Assembly (NCBI GenBank): GCA_038245295.1
Contig: JBBRSP010000002.1
Span: forward strand, 288,001-352,000
DNA length: 64,000 nt
From: Candidatus Binatia bacterium
Lineage (GTDB): Bacteria > Desulfobacterota > Binatia > HRBIN30
Reading direction: 5' to 3'
Shown here: one piece after another, positions 1 through 9,201 of the stretch
How positions within the stretch are numbered: the stretch's first letter is position 1
Layout: every line of letters starts with the position of its first letter
The notes under the pieces: model-generated
Seen by the model: only the letters and a program-made list of their open reading frames with translations
What the model was told of the DNA's origin: nothing
Database searches by the model: none
Program-made: the position numbers and the translations under genes

Positions 1-469
1 CGCGGCGCAGCTGTTCCGGTCGACCGGCGGGGTGCAGCGGGTAACCCAACAGCAGCAAGCCGGCAATGTCGGCGCCTTCGGCGGCCAGATGCGACGCCAT
101 GCGTCCACCCATCGATTTACCACCGATGATGATCGGCATCCCGACGCGTGGCAGCTTGCGCCGCACGTCTTCGAGAACGGCGCGATAACAAGTCAGCAAG
201 GCTTTGGCCGGATCCGGCGCTTTGCCGCCCTTCTCTTTGTAGAGGAAGTTGAACTTGACGCACAAATTTCCGGCGGCCGCCAAGCGCTCGTGCATGGCGC
301 ACACGAAGTCGGAATGCATGTCGTTTCCGGCGCCATGGGCCAGAATGATCGCCGCAGCCGGAGCAACGCCAATCGGCGAGGCAACGACCGCACTTACCGT
401 TTTGTCATTGCCGACGAGGATGCGGCGGGTTTCGAACGTTACGCGCGAGGCTGGTTGCGTCTCAGGCAT
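1..469 (-). CDS. Alpha/beta hydrolase, Tex30/KANSL3-like family (3' end runs off the window)
   Basis: Not in the ORF track. Manual translation from ATG 469 gives MPETQPAS...IILAHGAGNDM...KFNFLY...IGGKSMGGRMAS...LLGYPLHPAGRPEQLR, with a GxSxG nucleophile elbow. The start overlaps the bactofilin stop. Confidence 0.85.
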   Translation of the reverse strand, partial: MPETQPASRVTFETRRILVGNDKTVSAVVASPIGVAPAAAIILAHGAGNDMHSDFVCAMHERLAAAGNLCVKFNFLYKEKGGKAPDPAKALLTCYRAVLEDVRRKLPRVGMPIIIGGKSMGGRMASHLAAEGADIAGLLLLGYPLHPAGRPEQLRR

Positions 470-1031
470 TTTCCGGTGGCAGGCTCTTCTTTACCCCGGT
501 GATCTTGCACTCGCCGTCCAGAAACGCACCTTCGCGCACCACCAGGACGGCGGCCTCAATCCGACCGCGCACCTTGGCGCCGGCGGCGATCTCGGCGTGT
601 TCTGCAACGGTGATCTCGCCGTCGACCTCACCCAGCACGATCAGCTTTTGGGCCCGCACAGCGCCGTCGACATGTGCCTCTTCACCAATCACCAGCAGAT
701 CGTTGGCGCGTACCTCGCCCTTCAGTTTCCCGTCGATGCGCGTCGGTGAGTTGAAGCTCAGCTTGCCGGTGACGGAGGTGTCCTTGCTGAGCGAGGACCG
801 CAGCGTTTGCACCGCGGCCAAGACCTCGCTGCTCAACGACGCGGCCGGGGCCGCCGATGCGGCGGGTGGGGTTGGCGCCGGCGGTGGCGGCGCGGCCGCC
901 GCCTTCGGAGGATCCTTCTGGGCATTCTTGGCATTGCCGTTGCCCGCGTTTGCCTCTTTTTTCGTATCCTTCGCCGGCTCCGGCGTGGCAGCGGGGGCAT
1001 CCTTCGGTTGATTCCAAAAAGCCATCGTCAC
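462..1031 (-). CDS. Bactofilin (polymer-forming cytoskeletal protein) with Pro/Ala-rich N-terminus
   Basis: Beta-helix pattern SLSKDTSVTGKLSF..TRIDGKLKGEV..LVIGEEAHVDGAV..LIVLGEVDGEI..VRGRI..LVVREGAFLDGEC. The start may be ATG 1025. Confidence 0.9.
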   Translation of the reverse strand: MTMAFWNQPKDAPAATPEPAKDTKKEANAGNGNAKNAQKDPPKAAAAPPPPAPTPPAASAAPAASLSSEVLAAVQTLRSSLSKDTSVTGKLSFNSPTRIDGKLKGEVRANDLLVIGEEAHVDGAVRAQKLIVLGEVDGEITVAEHAEIAAGAKVRGRIEAAVLVVREGAFLDGECKITGVKKSLPPENA

Positions 1032-1049
1032 TCCTCTCGTTGCGGCACT

Positions 1050-2012
1050 CTACGCGGGAAATACATGACAAGCCACGGCGTGGCCGGCAACCGTTTCGAG
1101 CTTGGGTTCCTCGATACGGCAACGCTCCTCGGCAAACGGGCAGCGCGGGTGAAAGCGGCAACCACTCGGCGGGTGGATCGGACTCGGGACATCGCCGGGC
1201 AGCAGCATGCGCTCGCGTTTGGCTTTCGGGTCGGGCACCGGCACGGCCGATAGCAGGGCACGGGTGTAGGGATGCCGTGGGTTGCGGTACAACTCGACGC
1301 TTTCGGCAAGTTCGACGATCTTGCCGAGATACATGATGGCGACACGGTGGCTGATGTGTTCGACGACGCGCAGATCGTGGGCGATGAACACGTAGGTCAG
1401 GCCCATCTGTTCCTGCAGGTCCTGCAGAAGGTTGATGATCTGCGCCTGGATCGACACGTCGAGCGCCGATACCGGTTCGTCGGCCACGATCAACTTCGGC
1501 TCGACGGCGAGGGCACGGGCGATGCCGATGCGTTGCCGCTGTCCGCCGCTGAACTCGTGCGGGAATCGATCGTAGGCATCGCGCCGCAGGCCGACGCGAT
1601 CGAGCAGCTCGAGAATGCGGCGCTTCTTCTCGTCGCCGCGCGCCAGATCGTGCACCTCGATTCCTTCGGCGACGATCGAGCGCACCCGCATGCGTGGATT
1701 CAGCGAACCATACGGGTCCTGGAAGATGATCTGCATGTCGCGGCGCTTGTGACGTAAGGCGTTGCCGCGCAGCCCGGAAAGATCCTGGCCTTCAAAGAAG
1801 ACCGCCCCCGCCGTGGGCTCGAGCAGTCTCAACAACAAGCGACCGAGCGTCGATTTGCCGCACCCAGACTCGCCGACGACACCGAGCGTTTCACCGGGCC
1901 GGACGCTCAGGCTGACCCCGTCGACGGCGTGCACCACTTCGCGCGATGCCAACCACCCTCGTTGCACGGGGAAGTGTTTCGTCAGATCGCGGGCTTCGAT
2001 CAGGGCACTCAT
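1050..2012 (-). CDS. oppF: Oligopeptide/dipeptide ABC transporter ATPase (OppF/DppF type)
   Basis: [28 protein letters not shown] and GCRFHPRC motifs. ATG 2012 overlaps the upstream stop. Confidence 0.93.
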   Translation of the reverse strand: MSALIEARDLTKHFPVQRGWLASREVVHAVDGVSLSVRPGETLGVVGESGCGKSTLGRLLLRLLEPTAGAVFFEGQDLSGLRGNALRHKRRDMQIIFQDPYGSLNPRMRVRSIVAEGIEVHDLARGDEKKRRILELLDRVGLRRDAYDRFPHEFSGGQRQRIGIARALAVEPKLIVADEPVSALDVSIQAQIINLLQDLQEQMGLTYVFIAHDLRVVEHISHRVAIMYLGKIVELAESVELYRNPRHPYTRALLSAVPVPDPKAKRERMLLPGDVPSPIHPPSGCRFHPRCPFAEERCRIEEPKLETVAGHAVACHVFPA

Positions 2013-2980
2013 GCCGTCTCCCCAACCCGGATGCAGGCGGCGGCGTGAGCTTCGCCATACGTCAACAACGCCGGATCGGTGGTTGCACACGCCTCGATGG
2101 CATCACTGCAGCGATCACGAAAATGGCACCCCGACGGCAGATGTAACAGATCGGGGACGAGTCCCTGGATGGCCTCGAGGCGACGCGTCTTGGCGGCACC
2201 GACATGCGGAATCGAGCGCAACAGGCCACGCGTGTAGGGGTGCAACGGGCGCGCGAAGAGGTCTTCGACGCGGGCCTGCTCGACGATGCGGCCGGCATAC
2301 ATGACGGCGACATCATCGGCACGCTCGGCGACGACGCCGAGATCGTGGGTAACGAGAAGCATTCCCATCCCGAGGCGCTTCTGCAGCGAACCCAGCAGGT
2401 CGAGGATCTGCGCCTGAATGGTCACGTCGAGGGCGGTCGTCGGTTCGTCGGCGATCAGCAAGCGCGGATTGCAAGCCAGCGCCATGGCGATCATGACACG
2501 CTGGCGCATGCCGCCACTCAGTTGATGCGGGTAAGCGTCGACGCGCTCCTCGGGCTCGGAGATCTCGACCAGCTTCAGCAGCTCGATCGAGCGCACCCGG
2601 GCGGCATGACGATCGAGACCCTGGTGCTGTCGCAATCCTTCACCGACCTGAAAGCCGACCGTGAAAACCGGGTTCAGCGAGCTCATCGGCTCCTGGAAAA
2701 TCATCGCGATCGAGTTGCCGCGGACGCGCCGCATTTCACCCTCGCTAAGCTGACCCAGGGATTTGCCGTCGAAGCAGATCTCGCCCGCCGTGATGCGACC
2801 GGTAGGCGGCAGCAAGCGTAGAATCGACAGGGCAGTCATCGTCTTGCCGCATCCCGACTCGCCGACCAGCCCCAACGTGCGCCCGGCATCGATCGAAAAG
2901 CTCACGCCATCGACGGCCCGCGCCTCGCCGCGCGATGTGAAGAAGCTGGTGTGCAGATCACGCACCTCGAGAAGCGCCAC
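2009..2980 (-). CDS. oppD: Oligopeptide/dipeptide ABC transporter ATPase (OppD/DppD type)
   Basis: [30 protein letters not shown] and HPYT motifs. GTG 2980 chosen as start (VALLEVRDL). Confidence 0.93.
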   Translation of the reverse strand: MALLEVRDLHTSFFTSRGEARAVDGVSFSIDAGRTLGLVGESGCGKTMTALSILRLLPPTGRITAGEICFDGKSLGQLSEGEMRRVRGNSIAMIFQEPMSSLNPVFTVGFQVGEGLRQHQGLDRHAARVRSIELLKLVEISEPEERVDAYPHQLSGGMRQRVMIAMALACNPRLLIADEPTTALDVTIQAQILDLLGSLQKRLGMGMLLVTHDLGVVAERADDVAVMYAGRIVEQARVEDLFARPLHPYTRGLLRSIPHVGAAKTRRLEAIQGLVPDLLHLPSGCHFRDRCSDAIEACATTDPALLTYGEAHAAACIRVGETA

Positions 2981-3103
2981 GCCGCGCTGTCTAGCAACAG
3001 CCGGCGCCAATTGGGAGAGACCTCTCGGTCCAGGGGCCCGTGGGTAGCCTGTTACGGTGTTAGGCTGTTGGGAGTAAACCCTGTGCGGTGGACAGCGCGC
3101 TCT

Positions 3104-3157
3104 CCCTCTCCCGCCTCGGATGGATCTATGGATGGCGGGAGAGGGTCGGGGAGAGGG
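3104..3157. repeat. BoxC-like palindromic repeat, single unit
   Basis: CCCTCTCCC-N24-GGGAGAGGG followed by TCGGGGAGAGGG. Related copies at 8937-9080 and 46677-46813. Confidence 0.8.
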
Positions 3158-3222
3158 TTCGCACGTTTCCACGTTGGTCGACCCAGGCTGGGACGATGCG
3201 GCGCCGTGATGTAGGGAGGCGC

Positions 3223-4587
3223 ATGGCCATCGCATCGATCAATCCGTTCGACGGAAAAGTTCTCAAACGCTTCCGACCCGACAGCCGTGCCGTCGTCGAC
3301 GCGAAATTATCGCGCGCCGCGCGTGCGTTCGGTGTGTGGAGCAAGACGCCGCTGGTGAAGCGGGCGCAGTTGTTGCGGCGCACCGCCGGATTGCTGCGCC
3401 AGCGCAAGGCAACATATGCGCGCCTCATCTCTCTCGAAATGGGCAAGCCGATCACGCAGGCCGAAGCGGAGATCGATAAGTGTGCGCTGGTGTGTGAGTA
3501 CTATGCCGACAATGCGGCGGCGATGATTGCCCCGGAGATGGTCGCCACGGAAGCGCAGCGCAGTTATGTGCGCGTCGATCCGCTCGGGCCGGTGCTCGCG
3601 GTGATGCCGTGGAATTTCCCCTTCTGGCAAGTATTCCGCTTCGCCGCGCCGGCGTTGATGGCGGGCAACGTTGGGTTGCTGAAACACGCCTCCAACGTGC
3701 CGCAGTCGGCGCTGGCGATCGCCGAAGTCCTGCACGATGCCGGGGCGCCGAGCGGCGTGTTCCAGACGCTGCTCATCGAATCGGGCGGCGTGGCTCGGGT
3801 GATCGAAGACCCGCGCATCGTTGCGGTTACCCTGACCGGCAGCGAGCCGGCCGGTCGCCAGGTGGCGGCCACCGCCGGTGGTGTGCTCAAGAAAACGATC
3901 CTCGAGCTTGGCGGTTCCGATCCGTTCATCGTCTTGCGCGACGCCGATCTCGACAAATCCAGCAGCGCTGCGGCGCAAGCGCGCACCGTCAACTCGGGGC
4001 AAAGCTGCATCGCCGCCAAGCGTTTCATCATCGAAGCGGCGGTCGTCGCGAAGTTCACCGAGCGTTTCGTCGTCGCCATGCGCAACCTGCGGCTGGGTGA
4101 TCCGCTGAACCCCGATACCAACGTCGGGCCTCTGGCGCGCCCGGATCTCGTCACCGATCTCCACAAGCAAGTGCTGGGCTCGTTGCGCCGCGGCGCCAAG
4201 CTGCTTCTCGGCGGTAAGCCGGGGCGTGGTGCCGGCAATTTCTACGCGCCTACTGTTCTAGCCGATGTGCGCCCCGGCATGCCGGCATTCGACGAGGAAC
4301 TGTTCGGACCGGTGGCGGCGATCATCGTCGCCAAGGACGCCGACGATGCGGTGCATCTTGCCAACAAGTCGTCGTTCGGCCTCGGTGCCAGCATCTGGTC
4401 GAAGAACACCGCCGCCGCGGAGAAGTTGGCGGCGCGCCTCGAAGCCGGCGCCGTGCACATCAACGACATCGTCAAATCAGATCCGCGTTTACCCTTCGGC
4501 GGCATCAAACGTTCCGGCTATGGCCGCGAGCTCGGCGCCTTAGGGCTGCGGGAGTTCTGCAACATCAAATCGGTGGTGGTGAAGTGA
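3223..4587 (+). CDS. sad: NAD(P)-dependent succinate-semialdehyde dehydrogenase family aldehyde dehydrogenase
   Basis: [26 protein letters not shown], catalytic GQSCIA, EELFGP and [13 protein letters not shown] motifs. GGGAGG RBS precedes ATG 3223. Confidence 0.92.
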   Translation: MAIASINPFDGKVLKRFRPDSRAVVDAKLSRAARAFGVWSKTPLVKRAQLLRRTAGLLRQRKATYARLISLEMGKPITQAEAEIDKCALVCEYYADNAAAMIAPEMVATEAQRSYVRVDPLGPVLAVMPWNFPFWQVFRFAAPALMAGNVGLLKHASNVPQSALAIAEVLHDAGAPSGVFQTLLIESGGVARVIEDPRIVAVTLTGSEPAGRQVAATAGGVLKKTILELGGSDPFIVLRDADLDKSSSAAAQARTVNSGQSCIAAKRFIIEAAVVAKFTERFVVAMRNLRLGDPLNPDTNVGPLARPDLVTDLHKQVLGSLRRGAKLLLGGKPGRGAGNFYAPTVLADVRPGMPAFDEELFGPVAAIIVAKDADDAVHLANKSSFGLGASIWSKNTAAAEKLAARLEAGAVHINDIVKSDPRLPFGGIKRSGYGRELGALGLREFCNIKSVVVK

Positions 4588-4602
4588 TCCCGCTTGGGGG
4601 AA

Positions 4603-4752
4603 TAACAGGAAGGACCCACCTGCGCTGAGGCTTCGGAGGGCAGGCAGGATAGACAGGATGGAATGCGCGAAGTCTGGTTTCGTAGATTCAAGACTCGCGA
4701 ACGCGTAGACATTTTGAAAACGCTCATCCTGTGCATCCTGTCCATCCTGTTA
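4603..4752. repeat. MITE-like element with 3x9-mer inverted arms, left arm interrupted by a 30-nt insert
   Basis: Left arm TAACAGGAAGGA[insert]CAGGATAGACAGGAT; right arm ATCCTGTGC ATCCTGTCC ATCCTGTTA. Second copy at 6882-7004. Confidence 0.8.
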
Positions 4753-4815
4753 AAACCCAAAGCAGCCGCGACAGCTGATGACGCAACCGAGCGGATTGTG
4801 TTAGAGACGCGCGCG

Positions 4816-6051
4816 ATGGCGACCGCGGTGAAGAAAACGATGCACACGGTCGAGGTGTTCGACGAGAAGCAGTTCTATCTCGACGAGTTCCGCAATCACA
4901 CGTTGCTCTTTTCGATTCCCGATCGCGAGCTGGTGCGCGAGGAGGCGCTGGTGCAGTTCGCCGCCATCGTGCGCGACCTTCTGCTCAACGATTCGCGCGT
5001 CATTGTGCTCATAGGCATCGCCGATCCGCAGCACGGCGAGCAGGTGATGCGGCGTTTGCAGCGGCGCCTCAGCCCGTTGATTTTTCGCGACGACACGACC
5101 CCGCTATTTGCGCCGGGTCGGACGCGCAATGCGGTGTTCGTCGCTTTGCCTCCGGACGTTTCGTCCCCGGGCGCCCTGAGCGGCGTTCTGTCGACCATTT
5201 GGAATGTGTTGCGGCGTGGTCCGCTCTTCGTCGGCACGTTGCCGGGAGCCGAGTTGGCGGGCATCAGTGCCCTGGCGCGCGACGTCGCGGCGCACTTGCG
5301 GGTTCACAAGTGGATTCTCGTCGAGCCCTCCGGCGGATTCGCCGGGACGGACGGTAATCCGATCTCGTTTCTCGACCAATCGTTGATGAACGCGCTGCTC
5401 AGCGCCGGTGAGGCCGAGTTCCATGGGCTCGCGGCGCGCCGCACGACGCTGGAAAATGTACGCCAGGCTTTGGAGGGTGGCGTCGCCTCGGTCAACGTCT
5501 GCTCGCTCGCCGGCGCGGCGCACGAGCTGTTCACGTACAATGGTTCGGGGACGCTGTTCACCCTCGCCGACTATTGCACCGTGCAGCGGCTCGGCATCGA
5601 CGACTTCGAAGAAGTCGAACGGCTCATCGAACGCGGTCAGCGCGAAGGCTTGCTGAAGATCCGCTCACAGGCGGAGATCACCGAGCTGCTGCTGCATGGC
5701 TACGGCGCCAATATCGGCCCGCATCACCTCGCCGGCGTCTGCGCCCTCACCACGGAGCCCTACCAGAGCGACAATGCCGGCGAGGTTGTCGGCCTCTACA
5801 CGATCACACGCTTCAAGGGTGAGGGTATCGGTACACGTCTGATTGCGCGTCTGCTGGCCGATGCGCGCCAGCGCGATCTGGACTACGTGTTTGCGGCGAC
5901 GACGGAGGAAAAGGCCGGGCTATTCTTCGAGCGCGAAGGATTCCACCGTGTCGACCACGCGCAGACTCCGGCCGCCAAATGGCAAGGCTACGAGACGGAT
6001 CGCAAGTCGCGCGTTGCGACCTATCGCCATGAGCTGCGGAGCAACGGATGA
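4816..6051 (+). CDS. ArgA-like amino-acid N-acetyltransferase (divergent AAK domain plus GNAT domain)
   Basis: ELFTYNGSGTL arginine-binding-type signature, EGLLKIRS, and GNAT motif FKGEGIGTRLI. The ORF-track start at 4663 lies inside the repeat. Confidence 0.75.
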   Translation: MATAVKKTMHTVEVFDEKQFYLDEFRNHTLLFSIPDRELVREEALVQFAAIVRDLLLNDSRVIVLIGIADPQHGEQVMRRLQRRLSPLIFRDDTTPLFAPGRTRNAVFVALPPDVSSPGALSGVLSTIWNVLRRGPLFVGTLPGAELAGISALARDVAAHLRVHKWILVEPSGGFAGTDGNPISFLDQSLMNALLSAGEAEFHGLAARRTTLENVRQALEGGVASVNVCSLAGAAHELFTYNGSGTLFTLADYCTVQRLGIDDFEEVERLIERGQREGLLKIRSQAEITELLLHGYGANIGPHHLAGVCALTTEPYQSDNAGEVVGLYTITRFKGEGIGTRLIARLLADARQRDLDYVFAATTEEKAGLFFEREGFHRVDHAQTPAAKWQGYETDRKSRVATYRHELRSNG

Positions 6052-6860
6052 TCGTTGGAATTGATATTGGCGGTTCGACCACCGACGCGGTCGTGTTGGA
6101 CGGAACCATTCACGTCGTCAGTGTCGAAGCCAGTGATCCGATCGCCGCGGCGGCCGGCGCTCTCGGTAAACTGATCAACGATATGCACTGCCGCTTGAGC
6201 GATCTGACGGCCATCGCCGCTTCCGGCGGCGGCTCACGCCTGCTCGGCGATGAGCTGCTCGGTATACCCGTGCACAAGGTCTCGGAGATCGATGCCATCG
6301 GCATCGGCGGGTCGACGTTGGCCGAACGTACCGAGGCTCTGGTCGTCTCGCTCGGTACTGGTACGGCGATGGTGGCGGTGCACGGTGATCATATCGTCCA
6401 TGTCGGCGGCACCGGAGTCGGCGGCGGCACCTTGCTCGGGCTGGCCAAACACATGCTCGGTGTGTCGCGTATCGAGACGATCGAGCAGTTAGCGGCGCGT
6501 GGGGAGTTGTCGCGCATCGATCTGACGGTGGGTGATATTGCAGGCGGGCCTGTCGGCCAGCTTCCGGCCACCGCGACGGCAAGCAATTTCGGCAAGCTCT
6601 CGACCGACGCCACGCCGGAAGACAAAGCGCGCTCGCTGGTCAACATGATCGCCGAGGTCATCGCTTCGCTGAGTGTCACGGCAGCGATGGCGGCGGGTCT
6701 GAAGGACATCGTCCTCACCGGTAAACTGCTGCGCGTCAAGCCGTTCATCGAGCGAATCCAGGCGACGCGCATGTTGTTCGATCGTACCTTCATCGTTCCA
6801 AAACATGCCGAGTTCGCCACGGCGATCGGCGCCGCGCGCAGCTTGCAACGGCAGCTCTGA
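6048..6860 (+). CDS. coaW: Type II (Fumble/CoaW-like) pantothenate kinase
   Basis: GIDIGGSTT, VSLGTGT, HVGGTGVGGGTLLGL, DLTVGDI and ASNFGK motifs. ATGA overlap with the upstream gene. Confidence 0.8.
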   Translation: MIVGIDIGGSTTDAVVLDGTIHVVSVEASDPIAAAAGALGKLINDMHCRLSDLTAIAASGGGSRLLGDELLGIPVHKVSEIDAIGIGGSTLAERTEALVVSLGTGTAMVAVHGDHIVHVGGTGVGGGTLLGLAKHMLGVSRIETIEQLAARGELSRIDLTVGDIAGGPVGQLPATATASNFGKLSTDATPEDKARSLVNMIAEVIASLSVTAAMAAGLKDIVLTGKLLRVKPFIERIQATRMLFDRTFIVPKHAEFATAIGAARSLQRQL

Positions 6861-6881
6861 AGAGGTCCCGCCTGGGATGTT

Positions 6882-7004
6882 TAACAGGATGGACAGGATA
6901 GACAGGATACGCGGGAGGAACCCGCTCCTGACGGATTCTGGGGCTGGGCCGCATGAGCATGAGGCTGTTCCCGTTCGATCCTGTGCATCCTGTCCATCCC
7001 GTTG
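6882..7004. repeat. MITE-like element with 3x9-mer inverted arms
   Basis: TAACAGGAT GGACAGGAT AGACAGGAT, ~69 nt spacer, then ATCCTGTGC ATCCTGTCC ATCCCGTTG. Confidence 0.8.
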
Positions 7005-7007
7005 TTT

Positions 7008-7826
7008 TTAGAGTCGATGGACGGCGGCCAATTCGAGTGGGAATGTTTGCACGCTTCGTAAGCGCCGCGCCAGCCGGTACGGGCTCGTCGGCAAGCGATG
7101 ACAATACTCGATGAACCCGGGCAGCGTCGCGAAGGTTGTCTCGGCGGCGGCGAAGTGCGGATCGTTGCGTAAGGTCTGCACTTCGCGCACCGGGGGTGGT
7201 GTGTGTGGATCGACGCGGAAGCGGCGCACGTAGTCGAGCAGGCGGGCGTGATAGTCCGGATCCTCGACAATGGCGCCGATGGTGCGATGACGCGGGTGTG
7301 TGCCGGCAACCATCTCGGCGACCTGACGTTCGAAGTCTTCCAAGCCGTTTGGGAACATTTGGATGAGCTGCAGATCGTAGACCGGGTTGAGATGGACGAC
7401 CTGCATGACATGGCCGACAATGGTGTCGCGCTGTGAAAGAAAGCCGGTCGGGTCGATCATCGATACCGGATCGTCGAGAATGCGCAGCAGCTGGTGCAGA
7501 CCGAAAGAAATTCCCTTCTGCTTGTAGTAGTCACGCGCCGCCGGCTCGATGACGAAGCGCACCATGTCGAGGCCGCCGAAGAAGATCTGCGCTCGCGTTG
7601 GGCGCTCGCGGATGTAACCTTTGAGCTCGAGATTATGCAGGCGGCTGTCGATCGTGCGGAAGTCGAAATATAAACGTAGCGTGTTGGCCAGGCGGCGCAG
7701 CTTGGCGGAAATCTCACGCGGTCCGCCGAGGGCGGTGCGCATGAGGGTCCACGCCGACGCGGTTTGTCGCAGCGTCGGTGGTTCGGTCTGGGTTGAGGTG
7801 GCCCTCTGCATGGGTGGCCGAAGCAT
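7008..7826 (-). CDS. Hypothetical protein
   Basis: 272-aa ORF with globular composition that fills the gap; no motif recognised. The start could be 7811. Confidence 0.7.
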   Translation of the reverse strand: MLRPPMQRATSTQTEPPTLRQTASAWTLMRTALGGPREISAKLRRLANTLRLYFDFRTIDSRLHNLELKGYIRERPTRAQIFFGGLDMVRFVIEPAARDYYKQKGISFGLHQLLRILDDPVSMIDPTGFLSQRDTIVGHVMQVVHLNPVYDLQLIQMFPNGLEDFERQVAEMVAGTHPRHRTIGAIVEDPDYHARLLDYVRRFRVDPHTPPPVREVQTLRNDPHFAAAETTFATLPGFIEYCHRLPTSPYRLARRLRSVQTFPLELAAVHRL

Positions 7827-8005
7827 GCATCAATGGCGGGCCTTGGACAATCGGAGCGCGCGCCCCACAATGGACCGGCGGCGTGAGTGGACTTCACAAA
7901 CGGGCGTCGCGGAGCGACGCGCTCCGGCGGCCTGAGAAAGTTGCGCCGCCGGTTTGATTTTCGCCCTCTCTTCGTTTACGGCGTAGCGAAGAAGAGGAGA
8001 AAACG

Positions 8006-8797
8006 ATGCAAGCAGGGTTGGACTACGAAGATCTCGCCAGCATTGACCACGTCGCCTTGGCCGAGATGGTCGACATTCCCCTTCTGGGGGCCGTCGCGGC
8101 GGGCAAGCCGTACAATGCCTTTGAAGTCGATGAATCGCTGAGTGTGCCGACCAGCCTGTGGGGTGGCAAACAAGTGTTCGCCCTGCGTGTGCGCGGTAGT
8201 TCGATGATCGATGAAGGCATCCACCACGGAGATTTTCTGATTGTCGAGCCGCGTGTTGCGGCCGAGAACGGGCAGACCGTCGTAGCCGAAGTCGACGGCG
8301 GTGTTACGGTCAAGAAATTCTTCCGCGAGGCCGACGGTTCAATCCGCCTGCAGCCGGCCAATCCGGAGATGTTGCCGCTTACTGTGCGTGCCGGATCGAT
8401 TCGCATCATTGGTATCGTGACAGGGGTGTTTCGTAAGTTCGCGCCGCGTCGGGTGGCGAGTCAGGAAGCCGAGCCAGCTCCCGCTGCTCCACCCGTTGTG
8501 GAAGCCAAACAAAGTGAGGAGCCGACACTCGATCTCGAAGTAAACGCGCTCGACAACGAAATCGAACGCTGGAAGGCAGCCATCACACACGCATCGGGCG
8601 ACCGCCACCTCAAAAAGCACGTGCCGCAGATGGCCGAGTTGCAACGCGATCTGCAGGCGCTGCGCGATTGGTGCGCCCGTACGAGCAAGGCAGGTTTGCG
8701 TCGCGCCCTACTGGCTGAAGCCAACAAGGTCATCCGCCGCATGCAACGTTTCGCCACGGTAACGCCGGTGCAGCTGCCGGATTCATTACTGCACTGA
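8006..8797 (+). CDS. LexA/UmuD-type S24 autopeptidase lacking the N-terminal HTH, with an extra C-terminal helical domain
   Basis: IPLLGAVAAG cleavage site, RVRGSSM (Ser), TVKK (Lys) and LQPAN motifs. Only ~23 aa precede IPLLG. GAGGAG RBS. Confidence 0.85.
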   Translation: MQAGLDYEDLASIDHVALAEMVDIPLLGAVAAGKPYNAFEVDESLSVPTSLWGGKQVFALRVRGSSMIDEGIHHGDFLIVEPRVAAENGQTVVAEVDGGVTVKKFFREADGSIRLQPANPEMLPLTVRAGSIRIIGIVTGVFRKFAPRRVASQEAEPAPAAPPVVEAKQSEEPTLDLEVNALDNEIERWKAAITHASGDRHLKKHVPQMAELQRDLQALRDWCARTSKAGLRRALLAEANKVIRRMQRFATVTPVQLPDSLLH

Positions 8798-8936
8798 CGT
8801 CGAGACGGCACCCGCAGGCCCACGCAGTCGGTGCCTCCTCAGCAAGAACGGATTTGCAGTAAGACTCCCACACTCCGTTCGGCCTGAGAGCCCGACCGGC
8901 GAAAGCCGGCTTGGCGAGTCCATGAACTAAGGCGCC

Positions 8937-9080
8937 CCCTCTCCCACCTCGAGCGGAATATCAGTGCGTGGGAGATGGTCGGGGTGAGGGCCGGCTCGGC
9001 TTCTGAGTCCGCAGACCCAACCCTCACCCTCACCCTAACCCTCTCCCAGATGTTGCCGGACCGTTTGAGCTGGGAGAGGG
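8937..9080. repeat. BoxC-like repeat, inverted pair of units
   Basis: CCCTCTCCC-N24-GGGAGATGGTCGGGGTGAGGG ... CCCTCACCCTAACCCTCTCCC-N24-GGGAGAGGG. Confidence 0.85.
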
Positions 9081-9201
9081 AACCCGTGGCTTCCGCAGGC
9101 AGCTTTTCCAAGCCGAACCAGAATGAGCCCCGGTCAAATCATGTTCATGGGCAGGAGGGGCCCATCTGGAGCGGATTCTGTGCGCCGTCTAGAAGTCCGG
9201 T

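Noticed and set aside
32..502. 156-aa + strand ORF
   Set aside because: Antisense shadow of the minus-strand hydrolase, which has clear motifs.
4663..4815. N-terminal 'ILCILSILL' hydrophobic extension of the ArgA-like ORF
   Set aside because: It is the translation of the 9-mer repeat arm, not a signal peptide.
4603..7004. Repeat arms as a CRISPR array
   Set aside because: The arms are short tandem and inverted units without regular repeat-spacer periodicity, and no cas genes are present.
7895..7940. c-di-GMP-I riboswitch resemblance (CAAAC...GACGC...GGCCTGA)
   Set aside because: No GNRA loop/receptor and no GCAAA junction in the right places.
8006..8797. Canonical lexA repressor
   Set aside because: No winged-HTH in frame or in neighbouring frames, so no gene symbol was given.
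8881..8912. Hammerhead or TPP motif (CTGAGAG...CGAAA)
   Set aside because: Does not match CUGANGA with the required stems, and the rest of the TPP consensus is missing.
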